64,000 bases of DNA from Lytechinus pictus (GCF_037042905.1 NW_026974140.1:1242001-1306000), one strand, 5' to 3'. Shown: positions 22,801-36,605, counted from the first letter of the stretch. The notes: a model not told the origin generated them from the sequence alone. Program-made: numbers and translations.

Positions 22801-24271
22801 GCTCGCGCTTCGCGCTCGTGGTAATTATCTAGTTACATACGCGTCCTGTTCAGGTTCACAAACATTGCCCAAAATGTTCAATTTTCAGGACAAAATACAT
22901 GAAATTTCATTTTTAGATTACATAGGGCTTAAGAGATTATTACACATTTATGTTGCTTATAAAGTAAAGCTAGGAAATGACTGTTAGGACATGGGCGTTT
23001 TGCCCCCCCCCCCCAAAAAAAAAAAAGAGAGAATCAAGACTAAGAAAAAATAGAGAGAAAAGGAAAGGGATTAGGATGAAATATAATATTATTTTCCAAA
23101 TATTATGTCAAAATCTATCACAACCTTGTATTTTTGTAATAAAAATGTCATAATATTTGCTTGCTCGCTTCGCTCACTGGCAACTTCTTATCAATTTTAT
23201 GCGATACACCATATCGAGCCCCCTCGAAATTGTTGGCTCATTACGGCACTGGGACAACCCCTTCAAAGAAACAAACAAAAAATCAACTTTGAGCGGCCGA
23301 TCGGGGAAAATATGGGTGAAAAAATGACCCCTCCCCCTATTGGCGGAAGCTGGGTCCGCCCCTGACTTAGGCTTTCAGGATATAATACTTGAAAAATCTA
23401 TTTAAAAAAAAATCAGATCGCGCTTCGCGTTCTCATTATTTATTTAGGCCTTTTGAGATACCTCAATGTGTTTTTAAGAATGAAATCTCAGATTGTCTTT
23501 AACGTCTACCCCCCTCCCACTTCATTTTTTTTTTAACTTGGTGCCGTCGCCACCCCCCCCCCCCCCCCCCCCCCCGTGCACCCATGCTGAATAAATACGC
23601 CGCTGATTAGGAGAATTAGTCGATTGCTTCGAGATTGCATTATTCCCAAGAGGTTATCATTAATATTATTGAAGGGTATTCTAAAACAACAGTACAGAAA
23701 CAGCTCCCGTTCACACAATATTCTAGTAGGGCCTACTCTGGTTAGAAGTTAAACCAAATTGAACCCCCCCCCCCCAAAAAAAAAAAAAATAATAATAATA
23801 AAAAAATCGCTCGTGCTTCGCGCTCCCATTTATATTACATTTCATGGATTTTTTTTTTTTTAAGAACAGATGAAAAAGTGGTCTTTTTTTTTTTTTAAAT
23901 GTGATTATAAGATAATTCAAAATCCATTTAAGGCACTTAAGTTAGCCTGGCCAGGAGGGAGTGGGCGCCATTTTTCGAAAAGTACACATGGGCGCCAAAA
24001 ATCAGGTCAAATCCCCCCCTCCCTCCCACGAAATCCTGGATCCGCGCCTGGGTTCTATAACAATAACCCAATTAGGGCAATCACCCCCTGACAACTACTT
24101 CAAGGAAAATATTATCCCCATATTTTTACCGCCGGGGACTGTTACCCCCCTCCCCCGGAAATTTACCCTCCAGACAATTACCCCGGATAATTACCCCTAG
24201 TACGGAGCCTTATAAATGCCATCAACGTGACGACATGGCGTGGTACTTTATCTTGCCATGTCTTAATTAAT

Positions 24272-24599
24272 CATTATCGGCGGAAGAAAAAAAATTTAGG
24301 GGGGTCCACCTGAAATTTTGGGATGGACACAGGTAAAAAATTTAACAAGCAAATCAACCAAAATTTATAGGAGGGACCACCAAAATTTTTTGACAAGAAA
24401 AAAAAGGTTATCAACCAAAATTAGGGGGGGGGGGACAAAAAGATTTTAGTGGGGGTCCACCTCAATTTAGGGGGGGGGGCGTAGAAAACAAATTGACAAC
24501 CAAAAAAAGGTTCTCAACTAAAAATCTAGGGGGGACCGTCCCCCACCTCAAATTTAGGGGGGAAAGATCCCCCCCCCCCCCCCGCTTCCACCGCCTAAG
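24272..24599. mobile_element. hAT-like MITE, same family as 6606-6998
   Basis: Perfect 8-bp TSD TAATTAAT (24264-71, 24600-07); shared AATTTAGGGGGG and GACAAGCAAA subrepeats. Confidence 0.8.
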
Positions 24600-24881
24600 T
24601 AATTAATACGCTTATTATTTCGACATAGCGATATATTCTATCTTGTCAAGTCGATATGTCCACATGGCGAGATATGAAGTATACAAGTCCCGATATATCG
24701 CCATGTTGACATGTAACTTATTTAAGTCGACTTGGCAAGATAAAATATCTCGCCATGTTGACATATAACTTTTTATAAGTGGACTGACTTGGCAGGATAA
24801 CGTATCGCGCCATACGGACATAATAAGCTTATTTAGTCGACAAGGCAAGATAAAGTATGTCGTCAAGTCGATGGCATTTAA

Positions 24882-26317
24882 AGTTGAATTAAGAAGGGGG
24901 TGAGTTTCCATAAATATAGGTTCTACACACAATATATAGTATATATAAGTTGTTCAAACAGATAGCAAGTCACAAAAATCCTCTGCCTTCTCGATATTTT
25001 GCTTTGAAAGTCTATGAAATTAGCCACCTGTCAGAGCCCGAGAGACGAGTGTACAGAAAAGCCACTCGGAGTGTGACGTCACCGGGGGGAATTTAGTATA
25101 AGAGGTGCCTGAATGTCATACAGAAATGCTATGCAGAGAGAGAAAGATATTTTACAATTTTTTTTCAAAGCAACTCAAATCAAACAAATAGGACTGATAT
25201 GTACAAATCTTTACTTTCCCTGTATAAAAAACAGTATGAATAACCATCATGAACTCTTCAATCATGATGTAAGATAGCAAACAGTGAGTTATTGAATGAT
25301 ATTTTCACTATTTCTCATTTATTTTATCACGATGTTCAATCAAGTGAATAGCTGGAAAGTAATTCCGGCGGCTAGCTCAGCTCTCGCTCAGCGCGCGCTG
25401 AACGCATAATACTAGTACACACAACACCCAGGCATTGAGTGTACTGTTATGGTCTGGTATGTCGACTTAGTTCATGGCCGTGCAGCGATCCCCTGGCGTT
25501 TTTTCTTCTTTTCTTTTGTCTTTGACTCCACTTTTATATCCTCTGGATCATTTCCACTCATAGCTCATTCCACAGAACAATCTTGAACCAAACGTATTAT
25601 TCTTTCTCGGCCTTCTGAGTTGTTTTCTATATTTAATTACGCTAGGGGTCACCGTCACACATACAAACGCAATTCGCAAGTGAGTTGAAGACAGAGAGAT
25701 ATTATAGTAATTAGTATACATATCTATGGTTGAAGACAACAAGAAAGGTATGCGGTACGGTAGCTCGACAGCTAGCTGCGCCGGAGCGGGCGGCCGGTCG
25801 GCACAAAGCAATTCCGCAACCAACTGTGTTTTTTTGCAAGGGCCGCGTCACACGCGGATAAATATGTCATAATAACACGTCTGCTACGTTATCGACTGGT
25901 GAGAAGATCTCGATCAAATTTCATATTATTCACCTTGAAATTATTCCTTTAGGGTCTATGGTATCATTCTGAGGGAATTTACATATTTGGAATAATAGTA
26001 CGGCCACAAATATTTTAATCATTTCCTCTTTGCAAGTTCTATGGCTCGCAGATACAACTTCAACTGCAGTTATTCCATATGAAGGCGTACGTACAAAGTA
26101 CACAAATACCCCCCGGTGACGTCACACTCAAAGAACACCCGTCTCGGTAGGCATTGCAGGAGCGAACTCAGGGAAAATGGGTAGGGATAAATCGTTCAAA
26201 TTCACTATTTTGAAAAAAGAAAATGGGGGGTCGAATCACCTATTAGTGTTTGGGGGGTTGTAAGGTTGCTATTAATGTAAATATCTCAATATTTGGAATC
26301 GTCTTCTTAATTCAACT
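24882..26317. mobile_element. Kolobok-like non-autonomous element, copy 1 (~1.44 kb)
   Basis: TTAA TSD; perfect 15-bp TIR AGTTGAATTAAGAAG; near-identical inverted copy at 53061-54507. Confidence 0.9.
25692..25728. other. P-element-like excision footprint, copy 1
   Basis: A 37-bp pair of TIR stubs between perfect 8-bp direct repeats GTTGAAGA (25684-91, 25729-36); stubs match the TIRs of 45026-47196. Confidence 0.7.
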
Positions 26318-29300
26318 TTAAGAGGCTCCGTATGGCGCCTAGAGGGTTAATTTCCGGGGGTGGGGGGGGGGTAACAATCCCTGACGATACAAATATGGGG
26401 ATAATATTTTCCTTGAAGTAGATGTCAGGGGGCGATCGTCCAATGGGTCATCGTTATAGAACCCCATGGACTCGTATCATTGGCCTTTTGACCTCTTGAT
26501 GACATTGGATCTCACTATATCCTGATCATAATTTTACACACACCGCGGACTATCGGACCCGCGGACTATCGGACCCGCGGTCTATCGGACCCGCGGTCTA
26601 TCGGACCCGCGGACTATCGGACCCGCGGTCTATCGGACCCGCGGTCTATCGGACCCGCGGTCTATCGGACCCGCGGTCTATCGGGCTGTAACCAAATTTT
26701 CAGTGTTATGCTTGTTTGTTTTTTCTCTATTTATTCAAATCAACTTTCTTCAGGGGTGGACTTGTTATTTAAATAAAAGGGGGTTTCAAGCCCAGTGTTA
26801 TAAGCCTGCATAACCATAACCTAGAAAGACCTCGCCCTATCCCTAAGATGTTATTTGGCAATGCCTCCAAAATACCCCTAGGCCTAGGCAAGTCAAGGAT
26901 TTCATCCATTCTTCCTCAGGTGAGAAAAACACCAACCCCATCAAAATTATGTTTCCAAAATGTACTGGGACAGTACCATGGTTTCAAGAAAATTGAGAAT
27001 TCTGGCACCTTAAAAATATGAAGTTTTATATGAAAAGCAAGGAGAGATTCAGTGTGCAGACAGCTAGCGTACCGCTCCAATGCACATGCAGTGGAGCGAT
27101 CGCGTTCCTTCTGGGGGAACTGGTATGGCGGACAATAGAACTCGCAGGCTTCAAACAAAGGACCGTCCCAGCATATCCAGTTAGGGGAGAGATCAGTGGT
27201 CTGGGGGCGGCTGGGGGGCTGAAAAGGGTCTCTAATAATTTCATTTCTTGCATTTCCACAACATCTATAAGACATTTTAGTGACATATTTGTGTATAAAA
27301 AGACAAGACCTTTCCATCCATATATAATTTGTCTATAATCATCACTTTCGTGAATTTTCTTCGTGTGTGTACTTTAAAAACTGAGACACCAAAATAGTGA
27401 CATTAAATGGGATAGTATTGTCAGTTTTGTATCAATGGTGGCCAATTCGAATGTAATTTTTGGAGCGTTCTTCAATTTTTTTGACAAAATGGACATTTTT
27501 ATCCCTGTAATTCCTCTTCACTTATATCATTTGACCCCTGAAATCATGAGAAAGACACAAAAATGTTTCTAGGTAGATAGTACAGTGTATATTAACTTTG
27601 CAGCCACATTTTTAAGAAATAGCAACTACTTTTCAAATTGCATCACTGATAAACCTCAAAATTTTTCGATTGCAATTTTTTCCTTCGGAACCATGATTTT
27701 TCATGCTTTATTTTATTCTCGGTCGACCAAAAGTTATTTCTACCAGGTGGATATTATGAATTTGGACCATTTCAAAGATGCAACGTCCATTATAGATGCC
27801 ATTTTGGAAGGTCATCTTGGATTCTCTGACACACTCACTAGCTATCTTGTAAACATGTCCTGATTCATTATTTGCCTTGAAATCTTTTTGATGATTTACT
27901 TTATTTTTGGAGTTGATGGTACAACGACTGCCGTTATGGACGCTATTTTGGATTTCCAGGTAACCTTGACGACTTTTGTAACTATAACCTGTCTTAATAG
28001 ATTTTTTAAATTCTAACATGCCTAAGTTTCATGAAATAGACATCTATACCCTAAAAGTTATGACATTTCAAAAACTTAACCTCGGTTAAGATTTTATGTT
28101 GACTTCGCCGCCGCCATGGTCATCGCCACCGTCGGGAAAGCGACGTCCATTCTTCCTTCTGCTATGCAGGTGAGGAATAAATGGCGGACACGTTAAAGAT
28201 ATCACAATGTGATTATGCCAGCATCGCCAAAAACTTATCAAACATTTGGCCATATCATTTATCAATCAGCAGCTGTGAATCATGGCAGCCATCTTGGAAT
28301 TAAAGATGGCTGACGAATCAATCGGACACATTATGTTTGCAACCCTGGGCCTATCAAAAATAATGCATAGATCCCAATTTCTGAAACACAATCACCCATA
28401 AAAATCTTTAATATGGGAAACTGCATTAAAAATGCCGCCATTTTGTTTTTTGCCGATTTGAGAATGAAATTGTCGGAATCAAGTTCGGCAAACAGCATTT
28501 TTGGATTCAGCACACTTGAATTACCTATAAACAACTAATAAATCAGCATTAACACAAAATGCCAGAAGCACTTTTTCTGAGCACATTTTTAAAAATCTGG
28601 ACCTGACTATCATAGGATGATGGATTTATTCAAACTTTCTCTCAAAATGAAAGTGTAATCCTTGATACTCTTTTTGGTCAATATAATGTAACATATGGAC
28701 ATTTATTCCAAAGTACCAATATTCTAAATATTTTGATGGATCAAATTGATATGCTGTTTCCTGTATTCATGACCTTACTCTTGATTAATTTACTTGTAGG
28801 GGGCTTTGAGACAGACATGACTTAGACCATGAAAACTAAGTAAACATATACTATTTTGAACTTCATTACACTTTATTTACTTACACAGTACATGTTCATG
28901 TAAAGTGAAAATGATTTATACAAGTGGGTTTGAGGTTCAAACCAATTTATCATCACCAGTAGTAGTTCTGCACTTTTACAAACCATCATTTCACAAACAA
29001 TCAGTCTCCTTGGCCCATGTATTTTGAAATAAAAAATAAACCTGAAAATCTTAGCACTTCCATTTTTCAAGTGTACAATTTAGAACTTGTGTACTTGACA
29101 TTTAACAGAAAAAAAGTTTAATTGAATACAGTTCACCTGTAAAGGAGTTTCATCAATCTACGAGATCGAATGACATTGACACACACTTGCATGATGTATC
29201 ACAGATAGTCAAGCATCTTCAGATACGGTTTGTCAAGTTCATAGACAGTGTCCAGACATTTGAGACAAATCATCCCATGTTAATAAATCTACATTAGATT

Positions 29301-29619
29301 ATTAAAAGATTTTCATAAGTGCCACTGTATTAAAGACATAATGGTCACACAGAGTGTTAAATATGGTATTGCATAATGAGTCAACCTACAAGCCTTGGAC
29401 AAATATAAATGCAAACACTTCAAATTCTTTCATTGGTCCACAATTTTTGTCACTAGGCAAAAACAAACAAATTCTATGTTGCCTCTGCAACATTTTTGTT
29501 GGATGCCTCATATCCAATTAAGTTGCTACCCATAGTGTTGAGTTTTGTCATTTTGGTGGGTGTTTCATACACCCGTTTGTATGTTACAAATGATTTCATA
29601 CAGTGTCTACAAGAATTAT

Positions 29620-30510
29620 TTGTACAATGTACATTAAAAACACTGAAAAATGAGTGGATGGACTATGATAAAAATAAAAAAATTTGTAACCTGGTTTTCA
29701 TAAACTCTAATGAATAATATATCATATGAATGAGAAAAGTAGTCTTTGTTTTCCATCTAGTTGCAAATTGTTATCAGTCAAGCATAAATGATTATAATTC
29801 ATTATGTGTGATAAAGCATATTTTCATATTTTTGTGATCATTGAAGTGTAACTCGTAAAGCTTCAATGATCATGACTTATTTCTTATTTTTTCAGAGAGA
29901 TGAGATGACATGCTTTCATTTCATGTAAAATTCAGATCCTTTACACATGTTTTATCTATTTTGACAGGAAATTGACTATCAGAAATGAATCTAATTACAC
30001 CCCTGTACAAAAGTCAATGGGGCAACAGCAGTCAGGCATCAATTCGTTTAAAATCGTTTATGAAATCTGTAATACCAACTGAAATATTAAGACCTGTACA
30101 GTGCGTCCCACAAAAAACGAAACCGAGGTTTAGAGATGATTTATCATAACTTAATCACGTACTGACGGACGCACTGTATATCAAATGAAAGTATATCATC
30201 TCATCTCTTGTGAAAACAAGGAAATAAGTCATGATCAATGAATCGTTGGGCGCTACGCTTAAATAATCACAGCAAGGTCTTAAAATATGCATTATTGCAT
30301 TTCATAATTCATAATCGCTCATGTGTGACCGATCACAATTTCCAACTAGGTGCAAAACAATTGCTATACTTCCCTCTTTCATATGGCATATAATTCATTG
30401 TATCTTCTGATGGCCAACCTAGGAATTTTGGGGTTCCAACATAGTTTATCTTCTCATTTTGCATTGGTGTATGAAGTGTACAAATGATTCTAGTAGACAC
30501 TGTACATGAC
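29620..30510. repeat. Old diverged inverted-repeat (foldback) element; boundaries approximate
   Basis: TGATCATGACTTATTTC...GAGATGAGATGA (~29867-29909) mirrors TCATCTCATCTC...GAAATAAGTCATGATCA (~30196-30237); weaker similarity extends outward. Confidence 0.55.
30099..30176. mobile_element. 78-bp Tc1/mariner-type mini element
   Basis: TA|CAGTGCGTCC...GGACGCACTG|TA. Confidence 0.75.
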
Positions 30511-31578
30511 TGGTGACCCTTTCTTGTGCTAACTGATTCTTATGTCGCTGACTTCATGGCACCTATGATCATGTTCCATTTGTGCTTAAATTTATTTGTA
30601 TCTTACAAATCACTTCATGTAACACCCACCAGGTGGGTGTTTGAGCTACCTTACAAAAGACTGGTCCCCCTCTCTACGTGGTAATCATGTTACTCCACAA
30701 AGTTTCATTCATGTTGATTTAGCACCTAAGAAAGGATGAACAGTCATTTGTAAAGTTACTCTTAACTTTATAAAAACAGCTTTATGAAACACCCACCAAG
30801 CCTGAGCATTCCTTTTATGACCTCTGTGACATTTAAAATATTGAGCACTGTAAAAACACAAAAGCACTGATCAATACTATACGATAGTGAACATGTGTTG
30901 TTCGGCAATGTGCTGGAACAGTATACAAACTTCTCGGCAACACAATAACAAAGTTGGGAGAAAAAAATACGAACTGTACAAGTGACTGTTTATTACTACA
31001 TTAAAAATGTACGATATAAGTGAAAAGCAGGGATATCATACCACAATCATTCCAAAATTGTGAAAAATAAGATTTTGACAAAAGAACTCTCAAAATAACA
31101 TGAATAAAGATCATTTTACAATGAAGTTTTTATCACCGTTTTTCTCTCCCTCTTCCTATTGAATTAATGGAGAGAAACATTCTCCTTGTTTTTCCTCCCA
31201 AGAAAACTTCCTTGGTTATTGCATGAAAATACCATTAAAGCTCTCACAAATGATTGGGGGGGGGGGGCTGGCTAATATTTTGCATTTTTGTATCTCCATC
31301 ATCTAGAATTCCATGGCAATACAGAATTAAACTCAAACAATACATGTATATTTTGTGATTTTTCAATGCAAAACTATTTGACAACTATCACCAGTCAAGT
31401 TGTTGTAATCAGATGTACTTGGGTAGCCAATCTGCCCTGGGGCCATTTTGTAAAGCTGTTTGTAAGTTTAATAATCATGACTTTTGCATGACTGACAACA
31501 CGTTCGTATGCTAAATAACATAAGCAAAATTATGAAAACTCTGTCACCACATAATGACAAATGAAAATATCAGACATA

Positions 31579-32255
31579 CCCGGGGGGGGGGGGGGCCACT
31601 TCCATTGACGAGTGGATACCATGCGCGACCACGGGGTCTTGAAAAGCACCCTAAACACGTATTTTCCATATTCTGAAAATGCACCCCTTAACAAGTATTG
31701 GCGTGTGAAACCCTACCCTTAACAAGTATTGGAAACAAATGCTATTGGCAAGTATTCCCATAATTGAGCCCCTTAACAAGTACAGCGATGTATTTTCCTT
31801 ATTCTGAAAATGCACCCCTTAACAAGTATTGGAAACAAAACGATACTATAGGCAAGTATTCCATGAAATGAACCCCCAAACAAGTATAGCGATATTTTAT
31901 TGTTATGTCACGGGTCCGTTGGTCGTCGGTTGTACCTTTACACACCATTATTTTGGTTTAGTACGACCCCACCATCCACACCTCGCGCAAATCGGACTCT
32001 AAACACGTAGTGTTGGGGCAAAAAGGACATCCTTTATAAAACATTTTGATTTTGTTTTATCATCCCCACATAATTTGACCCTAAACACGTATATTTTTCC
32101 GAGCGAAGTAGATACCCTTTTTTCAATATTTTTGTGTTTTTGACACCCTTATCACGTTACGTACGTAACGTGCCCTATCTTGAAAAAGACATCCTTTTTA
32201 CATGTTTTTGGGGTCGCGAATGGTATCCACTCGTCAATGTAAGTGGCCCCCCGGG
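31579..32255. mobile_element. MITE with CCCGGGGG termini and 8-bp TSD (superfamily uncertain)
   Basis: TIR includes GGCCACTT(C/A)CATTGACGAGTGGATACCAT; perfect TSD CAGACATA (31571-78, 32256-63); second copy from ~63693. Confidence 0.88.
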
Positions 32256-32566
32256 CAGACATATCAACCAACTTCCAAGTTATTGTACTGTAATACATAA
32301 TATTCCACCTGGGGGTTATCTTACAAAGACTTGAAAAAGATTCAGAAAAATCTCAAAAAGATACCGATTTCAATCGTTATTGGAATGTCACTTGGGCGAC
32401 TGTACCAGGTACCTCATACCTTGGGATATCCCCATCCCACCTTCTTGTGACTACAAATGTTATCAAGCAATCTTCTGTAGAAGTCCCAGCTCAAGTTTTG
32501 AAAAATGAATCCACCTTGGATCATCATCATCAATCATTAACCATGGATGACAGAGCCTGTTTTATA

Positions 32567-34266
32567 GGGGAGATTTGGGTCAGTTGGAACGCGGGGTAAG
32601 TTGAAACATTGTAATTTTCTTAAACGCCTTTACATAAATTTATGCAATAGTGCCCTCAATTTCTTGCTATTATCAACAGCCATCCACCATATCACAGACA
32701 ATACATGTGCAACAAGCCTGTAGAAGTTAAAAAGGAATTTTTGTTTTTTCACCTTTTGATAATTTTTTTTCTCTTTCAGAATTTTTTTATTATCTCAGAG
32801 AAGTTTATAGATCAAGTTGGCCTGTTTGGGGGTATAATGGAAACTTGTATCAAGCTACAAAATAAGGTCATTAACATGCCACGGTGAAGTCCCTTTTTGT
32901 GCTGTAAGCTTAGAAATGTCAAATGGGCCTCTGGTGTTACATGTAGTTGGAAAAAAATTGAAGGGGCTAGTTGGAACATGTTCCAACTTACCCCCAACAT
33001 AATTATGAATAAAAACATTGGATATGAGAAAAAAATGTGTACAGTATTTCACACTCTTCTGAACATGTATTGTATACCATGCTTGTTTTGTTTCTCAGTT
33101 AGGTCTGAGTGTGCATTTAAGGCTTATTATAGGCCCTAAAGCAATATTAACCCTTATCAAACTAGGGGGTCAATTTGAGCCCCCCCCCCCACCCCCGGAC
33201 AAATTCGTCACTACGCCGTCGCGCAAATTTTTTTGACCACATCGCTCACTGACTTTTTACTTTCAAGTCTTGCGCATCTTTTGAGACCAAATTTGCAATG
33301 CCTGGGTGCACGGTTTCGAAATTACACAACATTTTGTATGTGCATGTTGGACCCAAAATTGCTGAAAAACGTGATTCCATGTACAAGGTCAATGCAAATT
33401 ATTTTTTTCCACCCAAAATCATAAATGTAGGATTATTTCTACTTTTGTTGGTTCAAATTTATTTTATATTTATGATCGCAAAAGAGTCCCCGACAAAGTT
33501 CTTCGGAAAAAGCAATAAAAAACAAAGGTTCAAAAAACAAAGAAATACAAATTTCCAAAAACAAAAAATACATATGAAATTATATTTTTTGTAATTTTTT
33601 GTGGATATTTGTTATGAAGATAAAAATTGATACTCTCACCAAAAATTAGCATTCTACTAGCTTAATAAATAGAGTTAAATGCAAAAACATACCCCAAAAA
33701 AAAAATTAGGGCAAATTTCATATGCTTGTTTGCATAATTAATTAATTCAAAATATAAACAATTTTTGTCATGTAAATTTGATGCAGAAGTACATGAAATT
33801 GCTGATAGTACACTTAATTGCACGTAAAATCGAACACACACAAATAAGCAGAATTCTACTACAAAGTCGGCTTGCGTGAGTGGCTGTATAATAGAAAACA
33901 AAGTTCAACAAATCCACGTTTGATATTTTGAACTTGAAAAAAAATAAAGCAAATAGGCTAACCATGTAATATTACGGTTGTCCATGTAAGTAGTTACATG
34001 TAATTCTTAATTGATCATGCAGTCTTCCAACTTACCCCATACCATGTTCCAACTTACCCGTATACGAGGTAAGTTGGAACGCTTGCGATGGTCTTGTTCA
34101 AGATGGATTTTTTTCAGTAATCATCATAGAGTTAAAAATTGTATGGGGTACATTTGAAGCCCTTAGATATATGCTTCAAGCTGATATATATTGTTTCTCA
34201 AATAAAATCCATTTCGATTTTACAGCCATTTTTGTCAAAAATATTCCAACTAACCCCGATCTCCCC
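32567..34266. mobile_element. TA-flanked DNA element with GGGGAGAT termini, containing a truncated piggyBac-like insert from ~33150
   Basis: TA|GGGGAGATTTGGGTCAGTTGGAA ... TTCCAACTAACCCCGATCTCCCC|TA; subterminal TCCAACTTACCCC repeats. Confidence 0.75.
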
Positions 34267-36262
34267 TATCAAAGGTCACACTGTATTTGCAAGGAGGTTT
34301 CAAATGAGATGGAGTAACAGCAAATAAAATCTCTTTGAACAAGGTTAAAAGCCGCCAGCAGAAAGTATGTCAGGCATGCACTTTGCTCAACATCTCTTGC
34401 AATTGTGTAGACAAATGATTCCCGCATGACTCCGCAGCTATAGGTCATACATAAAAAGAAATATGCTTTTGTGATAATTACTTTTTCGCCGCATCTTGGT
34501 CTGGTTATATGTGTAGTACATAATTCGGAGGCATGCGAAAATAAACTATGCAATACATGTATGTCCTGAAATATGACTCAAATTTGCTTGACTGGGCATG
34601 TGCGGGCACTCATCTGGCATATACATGTACAGTAATGAACAACGATATTCTACAGACCACATTTGAAATTTTCATTCGCCGCAAACAATCGGAAAAGTTT
34701 TAAAATCTAGTTTCAGTAAAGGTCAAATTCTTTCCTTTTTCACTAATTACAGATTTATTGATATAATGTGGGCAAATATCTCGTCGTAATAAGCCTGTTC
34801 ACGGTTGTAAACTGCGCACGAGCAGAAAAAGGTCATTGGAGACAACCATGAAGGTGGCTTTCAAATTCACTGACATAGGCATTTGTGATTGGATGATTAT
34901 TCATGTATTCCTTTTTAAAATATTTATCACATCCAAGCTTAAGAGTAATAAATAGATCCTTCATAATCACTGGTATTTGACATTAGCCTAAACAATAGTC
35001 AAATGTGCCAAAGGCAGACAAAAACAGATTTCCAAACTTTATCCCTGATGTACTATTCTAGTCACCTGGTCTATACAATGCCTTTTGTTCTTAGAATTTG
35101 AATACTCAACCGGTAAAGCTTACGCAACATCTACATTTGAAAATGATAGTGCTTATCCTAATGAAAAATCACAAAGGTCATTTGAGAAAAGTTGATCATG
35201 AGCTAACCGTGAACTGGCTTATAGTGCTGGTTATTGATGTTTTGTCATGCATTCAAATTTCAGTTTGTTTATTAATATGAAAGATGGAGAACTGATACTG
35301 TACAAATGTATATTCGTAAAATTTCACCCCTCTGCTTTCTTCACTGAAACTGGCGGCTTCGAAGACGGACATCAAAAGGTCCTTATTGCCGTTCTTTCTA
35401 TTGTGCTTCTTTAGAAATGAACAGCTGCTTGAATAAATTTTTTGCCTGTTGGAACTCCAGTCATAGAATCTTCTTGGTATTTGCAACACCAAAAATCTGA
35501 GAGAATATACAAGTTATTGAGAATAAATAGAAGCAGAACCAATCCCCCAAACAGAAGAATGTTAAACTTTACCTGTCTTCTACCTTGGGTTGTTGGTGGT
35601 TCAGTGACAAAGCCATATTGTAATGGGAGTAATGGGAATTTATCTTCATATTTTGTTGGCAGAATAATGGTAAATAACATCAGTGAGTGGCATTAGTTTT
35701 CTCAGTTCTGATTTTGGAAGAATTATAATATTCAAATCTTTAGATGATGGAACTGGGATCATTTCACCAAGCAATTTTATTGACAATCGTTATTAGCTCC
35801 TAAAATTTTAGCAACCGATTGACCGAGATTAATTTGCAAGAAATAATCACCAACAAGTCATCAAAAGACAGTCACCCACTAGGATCCTGTAGCACAAAGC
35901 TAAGTAAATAATCATAGAATTGATTTGTACGATTGATTGCACATAATGATCAATACAATCAAGCATAAAATCAGCCCTATGATCAAACACTAAGCTTCAG
36001 TGTTGTGGGGCTCATGATAACATTAACCATTGTTGTGTGTCTATTCAAACCATACAATAACAACAACTAAAAAGATACACCTTTATCATGATAGCTTCAG
36101 AAAATGGGCAGAGAGAAAATACATGAATAATTACAAAAAAAATAATATATACAATCACGTTGCTATCTTTCTTCACTCCTGAATGACAAGATTCAGTTGA
36201 AAATACAGACAATTTTGAGATGAATCTTTCCACCTCCTTCTTGTCCATGTAAGAATGTGTCG

Positions 36263-36296
36263 TCAAGGTCTTCTTTTTCTTGAGCTGCTGGATTTA
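36263..36296 (-). CDS. THOC2: THO complex subunit 2-like, last coding exon: (H)KSSSSRKRRP*
   Basis: Follows the U12 branch site and AC acceptor. Phase 2 joins CA+T = His. Resembles the recalled human C-terminus HKSSDKHR*; TGA at 36265-36263. Confidence 0.85.
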
Positions 36297-36605
36297 GTAC
36301 ACAGGAGTTAAGGATCAAAATCAAAGCATATCTCAATATGTGTCTGACAATCTTAAAACAAGCTTGTGAAGCCTTGTGTTTCTGAAGTATGGCAATACAA
36401 AATCTGCTTCTCCTGTACACTGATTTTCTACATTATTTTCCTTGAAAATGAACTCAGGGGCTGCTGAACCAGGAAGCTTAAACCCTGCTCTTTTTTCAGT
36501 AACCATGTATAAAACATGAAAATGACCATGAAATTGTGAATTAATGCATGTTTCCCCACCCCATCAAACTTTCAAAATTGCTACGTGACCCATGTTACAT
36601 ATACT

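Larger units (their letters stand above)
7398..24050. mobile_element. Nest layer 3: hAT-like non-autonomous element with a ~1-kb polypurine tract
   Basis: TIR CAGG(T/C)GCGGATCCA; 8-bp TSD GGTTATAT (7390-97) / GGTTCTAT (24051-58), one mismatch. Removing it restores the layer-2 arm. Confidence 0.8.
24203..26330. mobile_element. TA-flanked MITE (Tc1/mariner-type signature) at the centre of layer 2, itself hit by two insertions
   Basis: TA|CGGAGCCTTATAAATGCCATC ... GATGGCAT[TTAA insertion]GAGGCTCCG|TA. Confidence 0.7.
7198..26693. mobile_element. Nest layer 2: foldback DNA element with GG termini and 8-bp TSD (Merlin- or MULE-like)
   Basis: Ends GGGGACATCCCGATAG and CTATCGGGCTGTAACC; perfect TSD AAATTTTC (7190-97, 26694-701). 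Subterminal 16-bp repeat CCGATAGACCGCGGGT occurs x7 on the left and x9 inverted on the right. 7318-7397 plus 24051-24200 is the inverse of ~26340-26542. Confidence 0.85.
7061..26768. mobile_element. Nest layer 1: Kolobok-like MITE split by later insertions (own sequence ~7061-7197 and 26694-26768)
   Basis: Flanked by TTAA (7057-60, 26769-72); degenerate AGGACAAGTCCACC-type ends. Both halves match the intact family member at 55478-56073. Confidence 0.7.

Noticed and set aside
20992..23604. Several further hAT-like ends (near 20992, 21375, 23364, 23604)
   Set aside because: Could not be paired with matching TSDs, so they are not listed as discrete elements.
26780..28610. Possible DNA element ending ...TCTGGACCTGACTA, and ORFs at 26916-27338
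   Set aside because: No matching left terminus or TSD found, and the ORFs have no recognisable motif.
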